64,000 nt of DNA from Octopus sinensis (lineage: Eukaryota): positions 53,940,001-54,004,000 of the forward strand of contig NC_043009.1 of NCBI RefSeq assembly GCF_006345805.1, given 5' to 3'. Of this stretch, positions 1 to 12,035 are shown in pieces (within the stretch, counting starts at the first letter, position 1; each line of letters opens with the position of its first letter). Made by a program: the position numbers and the translations under genes. The notes below the pieces were generated by a model, which was given only the letters and a program-made list of their open reading frames with translations, made no database searches and had not been told where the DNA came from.

Positions 1-106
1 TACTGGGCTTACAAAGAATAAGTCCCGGGGTCGAGTTGCTCGATCAAAGGCGGTGCTCCAGCATGGCCGCAGTCAAATGACTGAAACAAGTAAAAGAGTG
101 AAAGAG
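1..106 (+). mobile_element. SINE-A 3' end (window-truncated)
   Basis: Near-identical to the 3' part of the full-length copy at 53883-54276 (aagaataagtccc...ggtgctccagcatggccgcagtcaaatgactgaaacaag). Confidence 0.9.
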
Positions 107-149
107 TATATATGTTTGTGTGTGTGTGTGTGTGTGCGTGCGTTGATGT

Positions 150-300
150 GTTTGCATCACTGTAACTTAGCGGTTCAGCAAAAAAACCGATAGAATAAGT
201 ACTAGTCTTACAAAGAATAAAACCTGGGGATCGATTTGTTCGGCTAAAGGCGGTACTCCAGCATGGTCGTAGTCAAATTACTGAAAGAAATAAGAATATA
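150..300 (+). mobile_element. SINE-A 3' fragment, diverged
   Basis: acttagcggttc...gatagaataagtacta...ggcggtactccagcatggtcgtagtcaaa matches 54130-54260. Confidence 0.8.
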
Positions 301-1104
301 TAAGAACTAGCAGTATTGTCCGGCTTTGTGTGACTATTAATCGAACTGAGGAAAATCGATTAATCTGCGAGTGCAAAATCAATACTTTCTTACACAATGT
401 ACGTACGTGCGCTCGTGCGTTCTATGCACGCGCGAATTAAGCTAAACATGGATGAAGTTCAATCAAAATTCAATTATTTTGGTTTTAAAATCAAGCATTT
501 AATGCCCTCTATTTTTGCGCTTATGTTTTCCATTTCCTCAATAGGAAGTACGTAGAAGCGCTTCATAAATTTGTTGATCAAATAATTGCATTGTTGAATT
601 ATTGTTTCAGTATTTCTCAACGGGGATTTCAGGGGAGAGTTTCAGGGAGTCGCTGGTGATGTATCGTGATGATCAAAAATCCGGCCTGCTAAAATTTGGT
701 TAAGTGACTCAAACTGCAGACTCAACGCAAAATGGTTACATTTAATTCAAAGCGTTAAAAATGTTATTAAAATAATTGGTGTGTGTTCACAAAGTCCAAA
801 CGATTAATACGAAAAAACCCTCCAGGCTACATCCCGAAAATCCATTTCTCTGCCGAATTTCTACAATTTACGCATGCTTGCACGCGTGGTGACCACAGTT
901 CTCGTCAAACAGATGACTGAGTAAAGTTCACTGTTCAATGCATGGGATAATGCCTAAACAAACACATTATTGATTTTTGCACTTGCGAGGTGAATTTCGG
1001 AACAGAAATAGCGGAGTTCAATTTTCACTCGCCTAAACTCTAAGTGACTTATTTTTGGTGGTTCTACGATTTGTTGGCTAGGAGGAGATGTGCCGGGAAG
1101 TTAA

Positions 1105-1322
1105 ACACACAGACACACACACAGATACACACACATATACACAAGTTGAGTCTTATATATATAGATATATATATTTGATATATATGTATGTGTATGTATG
1201 CATACATATACATGTATGTGTGTGTATGTATATATTTATATATATATAGATGCACACACACACACATATATATACATCTATATGCATATATATACATATA
1301 TATATTTACATATATATATACA

Positions 1323-1364
<42 letters not shown>

Positions 1365-1560
1365 CAAATATATGTATATATATATATACAAATATATCTA
1401 TTTATATATTTATGCATATGTATATATACAGATGTTTATATATATATATATATGTATATATATACAAATATATGTATATATAAATATGTATGTGTATGTG
1501 TGTGTAGCTATGTACATAACCATATGTGTGTATATGCAAATGTTTATGCTGTCTATTTCT
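1105..1560. repeat. (CA)n/(TA)n/(TATG)n compound microsatellite
   Basis: Visible dinucleotide tracts; source of the poly-YI ORFs. Confidence 0.95.
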
Positions 1561-2039
1561 GTGTGTGACTTCATGCATCGTGCGTTTCTGAGTTTTAAAT
1601 AAAGAAATTTCATTTACGTTTAAAATCTCTTTATTTTACGTTCAAGTATTATGTCACTTGGTAAGGTATGAAGGCCGCGGCATAATCTTCCTCTTAATAT
1701 AACTAGTAAACATTTTCTTCTCTACGATTTAAAATCGGAGTGCCTTCGTATCTCTGAATTTATCCGTTTCCATGGGAACACTAAAACCTGACATTTCGGA
1801 TACACTTTTTCCCCTTTAAATCTCTTTCTGATTCAGATTATTCTCACATAAAATCCAAAAGAAACGAAATAATTCATAAGAAATTAAATATGCTCAATGT
1901 TCGGAGTCGGTGTTAAATACGAAAGTCATGCTAAGAAATGTATTATTTGAATTTTAAATGTTAACACCGTATCAGATGTGTGCATAGTTGTGTATTTAGG
2001 AATCTCGTGTTGCAATATTATGGTTTATGGTTTAGATTT

Positions 2040-2140
2040 ACGCAGCACTCTGGGCAAGTGTCTTCTGCTATAGATCCTCGGCGAATACCAACTCGTGAGT
2101 GAATTTAACTGACAAAACCTATGTGGAGGCCCTCTAGCAT
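2040..2140 (+). mobile_element. SINE-A CORE-like fragment
   Basis: ctgggcaagtgtcttctgctatag resembles 53950-53975. Confidence 0.55.
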
Positions 2141-2160
2141 ATATATATATATATTATATA

Positions 2161-2205
<45 letters not shown>

Positions 2206-3384
2206 TATGAGAGCCGGAAGATGGTAGATAAGAGAATTTTTATTAATCACTACAATAGATTCAACTTATAACGAACGCTGTGCTTATCCAATAAGCTACC
2301 ATAATATAAACCATTCATTTTATTATCTAATCATAATAATAACAATAATAATAATAATAATATATATATATAAACATAGTAAAATAGGGTAACAATAACT
2401 TGTTATTACCAGTGGCCTTGCACAAAAAACGAATTAGTCATTAGACTATATATTATTCATATAGAAATATAATAAGTGGCTTCCAAATAGGGAAGCATTG
2501 TGCTAGATTTATATATATATATATAAATCACATGTGTGTCTATGTGTGTGTTTTTGCCTTTGTGTTTCTCCTCCCACCATCACGTGGTTTGTTCATCTGC
2601 TTTTAAAATAGACGTTTGTGAAAACAGAATGTTAAAAGTGTATTTAAAAAACAATAATTACAGAAGTCGATTTGTTCGACCAAGCCCTTCGAGATGGCCG
2701 CAATGCAGTTACTACTACAAGAGAATAAAAGAACACGTAATGGTGACTGTAAAGCTATCTCCAATGACATAGTTTTTATACACACAACAATAGAGGTAGA
2801 TCAGTTGGAACGTTTCAACATTTATCATTGATAATTTAATACTTTATTGTCATTTACGTTTTTTGAGTATGCAACTCTATGGAAAAATTATTTACTGTTG
2901 AATTTAAACCGACACGGGATCCCGAAACTTTCCGAAATTTAAGTGATTGATGGAAATATCTTTTTATATTTTTTTAAAAGATAAATCAACCTTATTCTCG
3001 AATAACATTAAGTCCATTAGTCTAAAAGGTGGAAAATCCTTAAACCACAGATCAATACATCCATTAGTTGATTTATCCAGTTGTTGCTTATTTAGTTAAA
3101 TAATAGCTATCTGGTTTAATTTCTATACTATCGCATTGGACAATTTGAATACCAGGGAATATACAAGGATTAATTGAAATTATATACCTCCATGCATGCA
3201 CACACTAACGTCTTAAAACGGGGAGTTAAAATAGGGGATGTAGATCCAAATATGGAAAAGGAATTGCTGGTCACAGCTGCAAAGAATTTGTTCAGAGTTG
3301 TACTCGGTCAGTACAGACCAACGACTAAATAAAATGTGAATTTCGGCGTTGAAATACAAGCTGCACTGAACGGGGAACATGAAC

Positions 3385-3524
3385 GTGGGTTACTTACATT
3401 ATTTACATTTGACGGATATTTGTCCTCATCTTGTTTGTTGTTAACACAACGTTTCGATTGATATACCCTCCAACCTTCATCAGGAGTTTGGGGGAAATTT
3501 CGAAACCGGGTTCTCATTCCTAAG
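3385..3524 (-). mobile_element. Family E (Penelope-like terminal repeat) 3' segment, inverted relative to the adjacent head
   Basis: Reverse complement matches 5456-5590 and 21112-21258 (ccttaggaatgagaac...gaaatttcccc...ctgatgaagg...gaaacgttgtgttaacaacaaacaagatgaggacaaatatcc). Confidence 0.85.
3443..3488 (-). ncRNA. Minimal type-I hammerhead ribozyme motif
   Basis: Minus strand: aactc CTGATGA a GGTTG-gagggtatat-CAATC GAAA CGTT gtgtt. Core intact, stem II pairs (one G.U), stem I has one mismatch. Confidence 0.7.
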
Positions 3525-3601
3525 GGCACCTGGCATAGTGGTTAAAAGCACAGGCTACTAACCTCAAATTTATGAGTTCGATTCCAGGCACTGACCTGAA
3601 T
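3525..3601 (+). mobile_element. Family E tRNA-like head (Pol III A and B boxes)
   Basis: A box TGGCATAGTGG 3531-3541, B box GAGTTCGATTCC 3574-3585, then aggcactgacctgaa(taa)n, also seen reverse-complemented at 21357-21383. Confidence 0.75.
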
Positions 3602-3610
3602 AATAATAGT

Positions 3611-3675
<65 letters not shown>

Positions 3676-5185
3676 GGAGGAAAACTAGTTAAGAGTAACA
3701 ACATCACACTAGATAAAACCAATGAAATAAAAGAATTAGACCAAAGCCAAACTTACAAATACTTAGGAATCCATGAACTAGATAAGACACAACACACACA
3801 AATGAAAGAGAAACTAAAAAAAGAATATTATAGACGAGTTAGATCAATACTAAAAACAGAACTCAATGCTAAAAACAAGATAATAGGTATCAACACTTTA
3901 GCTGTCCCAGTTATAAGTTACAGCTACAATATCCTTAACTGGACACGAAATGAACTGTCCAAAATAGATAGGAAAACAAGAAAAATACTGACATGATCTA
4001 GGATGCATCACCCAAAATCTGACATAGAAAGACTATATATACAACGTATAGAAGGTGGTAGAGGCCTTATACAGCTGGAAAACTACTATAAAATAACCAC
4101 CATAGGACTGCAAAAATATCTACTTCAGAAGGAAAACTGATCCAGATAGCAGCAAAACACGAGCAAAACAAAAAACTGTTCTCAGTATTTAAGGAAGCTG
4201 ACAAATACAAACAAGAAATCATACCACCTAATAAACACGAAGAAGATGATGAAGAAAGAACAAAAGCTATAAAACAAATGAAATCCAAACTAAAAATAGA
4301 ACAGCAACGAACCATGATAAACGATGGCAAGAAAAGCCCCTTCATGGTAAATACTGCACTAAACTAAACGCAAAAGAAATAGACAAAGAAAAATCCCAGC
4401 AATGGTTGAGAAGCTCAGGACTCAAAGCAGAAACAGAGGGATTTTTAATTGCAGCACAAGACCAAAGCCTCCCCACCAGAATTTACCAAAAACATGTAAT
4501 GAAAAGAAATATTACAAGTAACTGCAGAATATGTGGAGATGGACAAGAAACAATAAATCATATTATCTCTAGCTGCCCAGTCCTGGCTAAGAAGGAATAT
4601 ATTCACAGACATGACAGAGTTGGAACCTACATACATTGGAAGCTATGCCAACATTATGGAATAACAACAGAAAAAAGATGGTATAGGCACACACCAGAAA
4701 AGGTCACAGAAAACGAGAAAGCAACCATACTCTGGGATATGCCGATACACACAGATAGAGAAATTAAGGCCAACAGACCAGATATAGTTGTCAGAGATCA
4801 TGAAGAAAAAAAATGCTTTCTAATTGATGTATCAATACCGGCAGATGACAACGTGTCTCTAAAAGAAATGGAGAAACTCTCAAAATACAAAGACCTGGAA
4901 ATAGAGGTAACTAGAATGTGGAATCTGAAAACAGAAACAATTCCTAGGTGCATTAGGCATGATAAAAAAATATTCAGACAAATACATAACAAAAACACCA
5001 GGACATATAAACACATATAACATACAGAAAATTGCACTACTAGGCACTGCACACATCCTACGCAGAACACTTTCCATACAATAACCATCAGAGCATCACA
5101 ACAAATCACAGCACATACCCAAGGCACACAGAGCTGCGCTCGGTAGTGAAGTGAAAGCACGCTATAAAAATAAAACTACTGAATA
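3676..5185 (+). mobile_element. 5'-truncated Dong/R4-clade RLE non-LTR retrotransposon inserted in (TAA)n
   Basis: RT C-terminal part (KEYYRRVRSILKTELNAKNK..., MHHPKSDIERLY...EGGRGL), CCHC knuckle and RLE domain. (TAA)n on both flanks; several stops and frameshifts. Confidence 0.92.
4406..5020 (+). pseudogene. Zinc-knuckle and restriction-like endonuclease portion of the Dong/R4 ORF
   Basis: GLKAETEGFLIAAQDQ, CRICGDGQETINHIISSC, RHD, LWD, RPDIVV, IDVSIP, KLSKY motifs; frameshifted after about ETIP. Confidence 0.9.
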
Positions 5186-5220
5186 ATATAATAATAATAA
5201 TAATGATGATAATAATAACG

Positions 5221-5309
<89 letters not shown>

Positions 5310-5385
5310 TTTATTATTATTATTATTGTTATTATTATATTATTATTATTATTATTATATTATTATTATTATATTATTATTATTA

Positions 5386-5439
<54 letters not shown>
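5186..5439. repeat. (TAA)n followed by its complement (TTA)n
   Basis: (TAA)n about 5186-5277, then (ATT)n about 5278-5439. Confidence 0.95.
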
Positions 5440-5440
<1 letters not shown>

Positions 5441-5442
<2 letters not shown>

Positions 5443-5627
5443 ACATCGAAAAATACCTTAGGAATGAGAATCCAGGTTCGAAATTTCCCCAAACACCTGA
5501 TGAAGGCTGGAGAATGTATCGGCCGAAAAGTTGTGTTAACAACAAACAAGATGAGGACAAATATCCATCAAATGTAAATGATGTAAATAATGTACATAAT
5601 TCCTCATCTCTTAAATATTGAACTGTA
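5441..5627 (+). mobile_element. Family E 3' segment with hammerhead motif (5492-5537) and TGTAAATAA-type tail
   Basis: aacac CTGATGA a GGCTG-gagaatgtat-CGGCC GAAA agtt gtgtt. A C-to-A change after GAAA breaks stem III. Tail aatgtaaatgatgtaaataatgtacataat. Confidence 0.85.
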
Positions 5628-5852
5628 TTATGAACATATGTGTTTCAACTGTTACAAAGAGTAGCCAAATACGCTTCGAATCTCGCATTACAATTTGAAT
5701 AATATAAAAGCCTGGGAGAACTTAGTCTTAGAAATACTGAGAATACCTGAAATCTTGGAATGCTTCTCATTGTAAATCGACTTGATCAGGATTTCCTGGG
5801 ATTAAACAAGTTTATAATAATATTGATTTGAAATTGCAGCAATTTCCGGAAG

Positions 5853-5950
5853 TGTGAGTCGACCCTAGTACTGTTCAACTGGTACTTATTTTATAGGCTT
5901 TGAAATGATGAAAGGCAAAGTGAACCTCGACGGAATTTGAACTCAGAACT
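5853..5950 (-). mobile_element. SINE-C fragment
   Basis: gatgaaaggcaaagtgaacctcgacggaatttgaactcagaac is the reverse complement of the SINE-C body. Confidence 0.8.
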
Positions 5951-6651
5951 ACAAATAAATTACCTCTAATCACAAGATAAGCTTTGTTTAAGCACATTTA
6001 TGATTAATGTGGTTCTATCCGTGATGCTACTTTCATTAATTGCTGCTATTATTAGCAAGTAGGGTCTACTTGTGTGCTTCCATTTCTATCATTTACTACG
6101 AGCGCTGGAATTAATGTGCATAGTGTCGTGTGTATGTGTCCGTGTATGCATTTGTGTATATACGTGTATACTTGTACGTGTGTGAGTGAGAGAGGGAAAG
6201 AGCAGCTGTCTAACCGGCCACACGAGCACTGTAAACACTGAACTCTGATCTCAGTAGACATCTAAGAGATCTGGTTTTATCATTATAGCTAATCGTCTAC
6301 TGATTGATATAATGATTGGAGAGAGCGCAACTTTAGTTATCTCCTTTGAAAACAAACGTCGGAAAGAAAAGCTGGCTTAATTACGATGATTTATATGTCA
6401 ATAGTCGCAATACCAAGATTATAAATGATTACACTTGGATATTGAAATTATACTGTAAGTTAAATCGTTGATATTTTAGCAAATGTTTAGCATTTTACAG
6501 TATAGAATAACGAGGGTAAGTGTTTGTGTGCGTTTGTATATATATGTATATATATATGTCTATATATATATGTATATATATATATATCTGTGTGTGTGTG
6601 TGTGTTTTGTGTGCGTGCGTGTGCGTGTGTGTATATGTATGTATGTATATA

Positions 6652-6699
<48 letters not shown>

Positions 6700-6856
6700 G
6701 GCAACCATTATATCCAACTTAGCATAGATATTTTGTTAGGATACTGAATATTACCTTCTCTCAAATGGAGGCATGGTGCAAATTGCGTTATATTCTACAT
6801 GTAGTTGGCACTGAAATTTGGCTGGTATGCAGGACGTCTGCGATTGATTAGATAGA

Positions 6857-6890
6857 ACGCCGAAATTGTCTGATCAGACAATTCCGGCGT
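6857..6890. other. 34-bp near-perfect palindrome
   Basis: acgccgaaattgtctga|tcagacaattccggcgt, 16 of 17 pairs, no spacer. Confidence 0.9.
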
Positions 6891-7103
6891 ACAACGTGAA
6901 GGCTCTTGTCTGCCAATGATACATATACGGGCTTTTGAGCCCCATGGATCCATAAAAGCGATGCTCACAAAGTAAATAATGCAACATTCGGTATTCTAAC
7001 AGTTCACCTACGTTACGTTGCCTATAAATTTTGCGTTGGTATTAATGTTACTTCTGTCGCTAAAAATCTTATACATATCTGTATATATCGCTCTCTCTCT
7101 TTC

Positions 7104-7231
<128 letters not shown>

Positions 7232-7912
7232 CTTGTACATACACACACACACATATATATATATATATAAATGTGCGTGTGTGTATATAAAGATTTATAC
7301 ACGGGGAAAAGACCCTTTTCAGAGCATCTTACATGTTAAAAGGAACAGTTAAACCCGAACCACAAAACAGAAAAGAAGAATACTTAAGGAAAGCTGTTGA
7401 CAGGCTGTAGAGTGAATAAAAAATAGTTAATCGAGTTCAGTTATTAATGACCAAATGAATTAATTGGGTATCTGTAGCTCATCAGTAGGATCACTAATGA
7501 ATGCATAATTATGTAGCTGTAATACGTACCGAAATCTCTAGGTAAACACACGTACACATGTCAATCTTTATACATTATGCATTAAAACTTAGTGTGCGAT
7601 CCTAGTGGTGAGGTACAGATACGAAATTAATTTATTTGGTCATAAATAGCGAAACTGGAATATAGGATTAACTATTTTTTCCCCTCTAGTGCCTATTAGG
7701 AGCGTGCCATAAGAATTCCAGCTTTTAGTGGTTTGGGTTTAACTGCCCTTTCTGGCATTTAAGAAGTCCTGTCAAGCGTCTACTCTAGTGTGTAAATCTT
7801 CATACCCTGTTATATAAAATATTTCATGTCTTGTGAATTTTATTACGCATGCGAACCACTAGCAAAGAATTTTTTTGATTTTTTATACTTATACTTATAT
7901 ATATGTGTGTGT

Positions 7913-8237
7913 GAAGGTGAGTGGCTCAGTAGTTAGAGCGTCGAGCTTACGATCGTGAGATTGTGAGCTCGAATCCCGGACCGAGCTGCGTGTTGTGTTC
8001 TTGAGCAAGACGCTATATTTCACGTTGCTCCAGTTCACTCAGCTGTAGAAATGAGTTGCGACGTCACAGGTGCCGTTGCCTTTCCCTTGGATAACAATGG
8101 TGATGTGGAGAGGGGAGGTCGGTATGCATGGGCGACTGCTAGTCTTCCATAAAAAACAACCTTCCCCAGATTTGTGCCTCAAAGGGTAACTCTCTAGGTG
8201 CAAGCCCATGGTCAGTGTCTGACCGAAGGGGGTCACA
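7913..8237 (+). mobile_element. SINE-B, full-length tRNA-derived CORE-like SINE
   Basis: A box TGGCTCAGTAG 7922-7932, B-box-like gagctcgaatcc 7965-7976, cttgagcaag...gctccagttcactcagctgtagaaatg central domain. Confidence 0.8.
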
Positions 8238-8243
8238 ATATAT

Positions 8244-8274
<31 letters not shown>

Positions 8275-8339
8275 AGTATAAGTCTAAAGAATTAAAGTAA
8301 TTCATTACCAGTGGTTCGCATGCGTAAGAAAATTCATAA

Positions 8340-8378
<39 letters not shown>

Positions 8379-9318
8379 TTAATCAAATACATTCAATGAG
8401 AATATTATATACTGAATTGTATATATACTATTGTATCAAAGTATTAATGCTATTAAAGTATTTATATATTTAATACGAGCAATTATATATATATATTTTT
8501 TTTTTTAATAATATATTATTATTAATATCAGGAAATCAAAATTAATAAATTCTTAGGAAAGATATATACGTGTGTAAAATAATTGTTGTATTGAAAGCAT
8601 ATGTATAAAAATTCATATAAATATACATAAGTATAAATATATAAAGTATATGACAGTTTAAAAGTCTTGAATTAAGCATATAAGCACCTTACGATCGTTT
8701 CACAGAAGTGCTGTCCCTATAATGAAATCCTATATTGATAAGCATTTTAGAAAACTCTTATGCTCTTCAGAGATATAAAATTCGATTTTTTTATAACATA
8801 TCGAATGGTAGTTGTTGTTTTTTCTAATTTAAAGTAAAACTATAAAATGGTGTTTGTTTGAAATATATATTAAAAATTTAAATTTACTGCTTTTGATGAG
8901 TGTCTTTAAATCCATATATACTTCCTTGGTTAGTCTTCTGTAATAATCCATAATATTCACATGTAAAATGCGTTATATTGTCTTGTATTCCAAATATAGT
9001 TCATATACTTAGATAATATAGAATAATGGAATCTTGTATTGATAAGCATTTATAAATAACTCTTCTTCTCTTCTGTAATATCAGATGTGAAATGTGTATA
9101 TACTTTAGTATGAGAATCTTGAAATTCATATGAATATGCTAAACTCTCTCACTGTTTTCATATTTTGATAATATTTGATTTTATTCATTGCCAGATTCAC
9201 ACACTGGATTAACTTCTGTAGATAGCCTCGAGCACAGGTTGACAGCAGATTTGGAAAAATAGCCGAAAATAATGGAAGTATTTCTTAGTTTATTAATATT
9301 GAGTTATAAAGAAAAGAA

Positions 9319-9533
9319 AGCGGTGAACTGCTTGAATCTTTAGCGCCCCGGGCAAAGTTCTTAGAGACATTTCGTCCGTCTTTACGTTCTGAGTTCAAAT
9401 TCTGCTGCGGTTGACTTTGCCTTTCATCCTTTCGGTCTCGATAATATAAGAACTAGCTGAACACTGGAGTCAATGGAATCGACATAACCCTTCTTTCAAA
9501 TATGCTGGCCTTGTACCAAATTTCAGATATAAA
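9319..9533 (+). mobile_element. SINE-C (type-2 tail)
   Basis: gagttcaaattc...gttgactttgcctttcatcctttcgg..gataa; tail ggccttgtaccaaattt. Confidence 0.85.
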
Positions 9534-9535
9534 TA

Positions 9536-10086
9536 TATTGGGTTGTCCGGAAAGCTCGTGCTGATTTTCAAAAGAAGGAAAAAGGTCAATAAATACTTGC
9601 CATTACATTTTTTATCAACCAAATATGAACCATTTTGTTGCACAATACGTCTCCATCTTTCCTTTTACTTGAAAATACCTTTTTCCACCTTGAGGTGGTT
9701 TCATGGCAAATAATTCATCAACGCATCTTTTTACGTCATCCAAGGAATTGAAATGTTTACCATTAAGAATATTCTGCAGAGACCTGAAAAGTGGAAACCC
9801 GAAGGAGAAATATCTAGTAAATATGGAGGGTGGTGTAACACATCCCAGCCGAGCTGCAGCAATTTTTGTCTGGTTCCCAAAGCATCAAGTGCCGAAAATG
9901 AACTTTCTTATTTTACAGAATTAACACAGGTTATAGGAACATAAACCTTCTTCCACGAAAACAGAGCTTAAACTGTGCTCTAAATGGAGGCGTAGTCAAA
10001 TCCTATTTTACGGACTCAGCCATGTTCTAAAATAAATCGAAAGTTAAGCTACTATAAATCGGCACGAACTTTCCGTACAACCCAAT
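9536..10086 (-). mobile_element. Internally deleted mariner element with both TIRs
   Basis: TIRs tattgggttgtccggaaagctcgtgctgattt / aaatcggcacgaactttccgtacaacccaata, TA flanks. Minus strand encodes KVHFRHLMLWE joined to TRQKLLQLGWDVLHHPPY...LFRSLQNILNGKHFNSLDDVKR...ERWRRIVQQNGSY. Confidence 0.9.
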
Positions 10087-10933
10087 ATAATATTTTGGAA
10101 CTTTCTTGCGAAAGTGAACTCGAATACTACTTAGATACCTTAACCTTTCATTTGAAAGCCAGTCATACGTATATGTGCGTGTGTATTTGTGTGTGTATAG
10201 ATACATAGATAGAGATATCCATAAATATTTATGAATATACTACGGAAAGTTCCGGGTGTCAGCAGCAATATTCGTTGTTGTGTTTGTAGTTACTGAATAT
10301 GTATGTATCTTCGCAATGAAAAAAAAAATTGTACGAATACAGTTCAATCGACATTATCATTGCTGTTCATGCTTATAATAATCAACAATCTCCTACTGAT
10401 GGTACAGAAAGGTCGATTCACTCGACGAACGCATCGAGGATTTATGCCAAATTTTAAAATATATTATACCAGGTTTTTTGATAGATGTTCATTATAACGA
10501 AGTTAGCATTTTGCCAAATCACGACTAATATATCAATATACTTTTATATGTACATTTGTATTTTAAACAGATACTGAAATAAGGTTGTAGTAGCACTATA
10601 CATCTTACATTTAAATTTTTATGCGAGTGAGATTCTACGTGTTTTCGCATGCATTTCTAGCGGAATCTTCGACTACATATTCATATGCATATACATTCAT
10701 ACAGACACTCCACCCGCATACACCCGCATAGTCATTCTGTGTGCTTATGTGTGTGTATATGAATGTTTGATTAAAGTATAATGATCTTAATTTAAAGGAT
10801 CACTTAATACTTTTCAGTGTTATGACATATTTCATATGTAAATGTTGACAGTTAACTTGAAATTTCGAACTGTCCAAAGTAACACATGAGTACACATGCG
10901 CGCACGCACATACTCACTCACACGCACACTTTC

Positions 10934-10968
<35 letters not shown>

Positions 10969-11162
10969 GTCTCTTTCTCTGTCTCTCTGTCTGTCTCTCT
11001 CTCTCTCTGTCTCTGTGTCTCTTTCTCTGTCTCTCTGTCTCTCTCTCTATGATTCGGAAATACACAGAAACACACACACACACATATATATATGCAAATG
11101 TATACATATGTATAAAATAAGCTGTTTATATTATGATGTATGTATGGATATAGAGGCGTAGA

Positions 11163-11500
11163 ATGACTGTCCGTTTTAGAGGCTCACTTGCAACCACGAG
11201 TTCAGTTCCACTGCACAGCGTTGTGTGTGTGTTTGTGTGTATGCGTGTGTGTGTGTGTGTGCGGACGTCTATGTATCTGTTTCTGTGTGCTTATATACAT
11301 ACAAACATATGTTTATATAGATACGCAAAGGTGTGTATGTCTATGTGGATTTACTTTATATCGGTGGTGGTTTCTTCTACGGTAACAGAAACTAATAGAA
11401 TATGAACTAGGCTCAAAAGACATATTTGCATCCATTTGTTCAACCCAACCAACAATGGACGCATCCCAATATCTTCAACAGTGTCTTTCCGGTTTAATTC
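11163..11500 (+). mobile_element. Degenerate SINE-A
   Basis: gagttcagttccactgc B-box region, internal (GT)n, and gaaactaatagaatatgaactaggct tail resemblance. Confidence 0.4.
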
Positions 11501-11629
11501 CACAAAAGACCGAAATGCATCATTCTCTCTCCCCTTCCCTCGCCCTCTTTCTCTCCCTCTCTCAACTTCTCTTTCTCTCTTTCTCTCTTTCTCACCCCCT
11601 CTCTCTCTCTCTCTTTCTCTTTGTACTTC

Positions 11630-11744
<115 letters not shown>

Positions 11745-12035
11745 TATTAGATATGTATAAGTCAGTGTGTGTCTGTTGTGGGGGTGTAGTACTGTTTGCT
11801 TTTATGTTCAGTTATGATAAACATAGTTTTACATTAATCTGATGGGTTACACTCTATATTTGTTCAGCACAAACATATTACTCCTAAATAAGATCATTGT
11901 CAGTGACTTCGAAACCTCAGTCAGTTGTGTGTATATATATACATGTGTGTGTATACATATTTTCATATACACATATTTATATGCGTATATATGTATATAC
12001 ATATATATATATATAATATATATATATATTATATA

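Noticed and set aside
3525-3601. tRNA gene (also 7913 and 53883 heads)
   Set aside because: A and B boxes are present, but there is no complete acceptor stem and each continues into repeat-family sequence; these are SINE-type heads.
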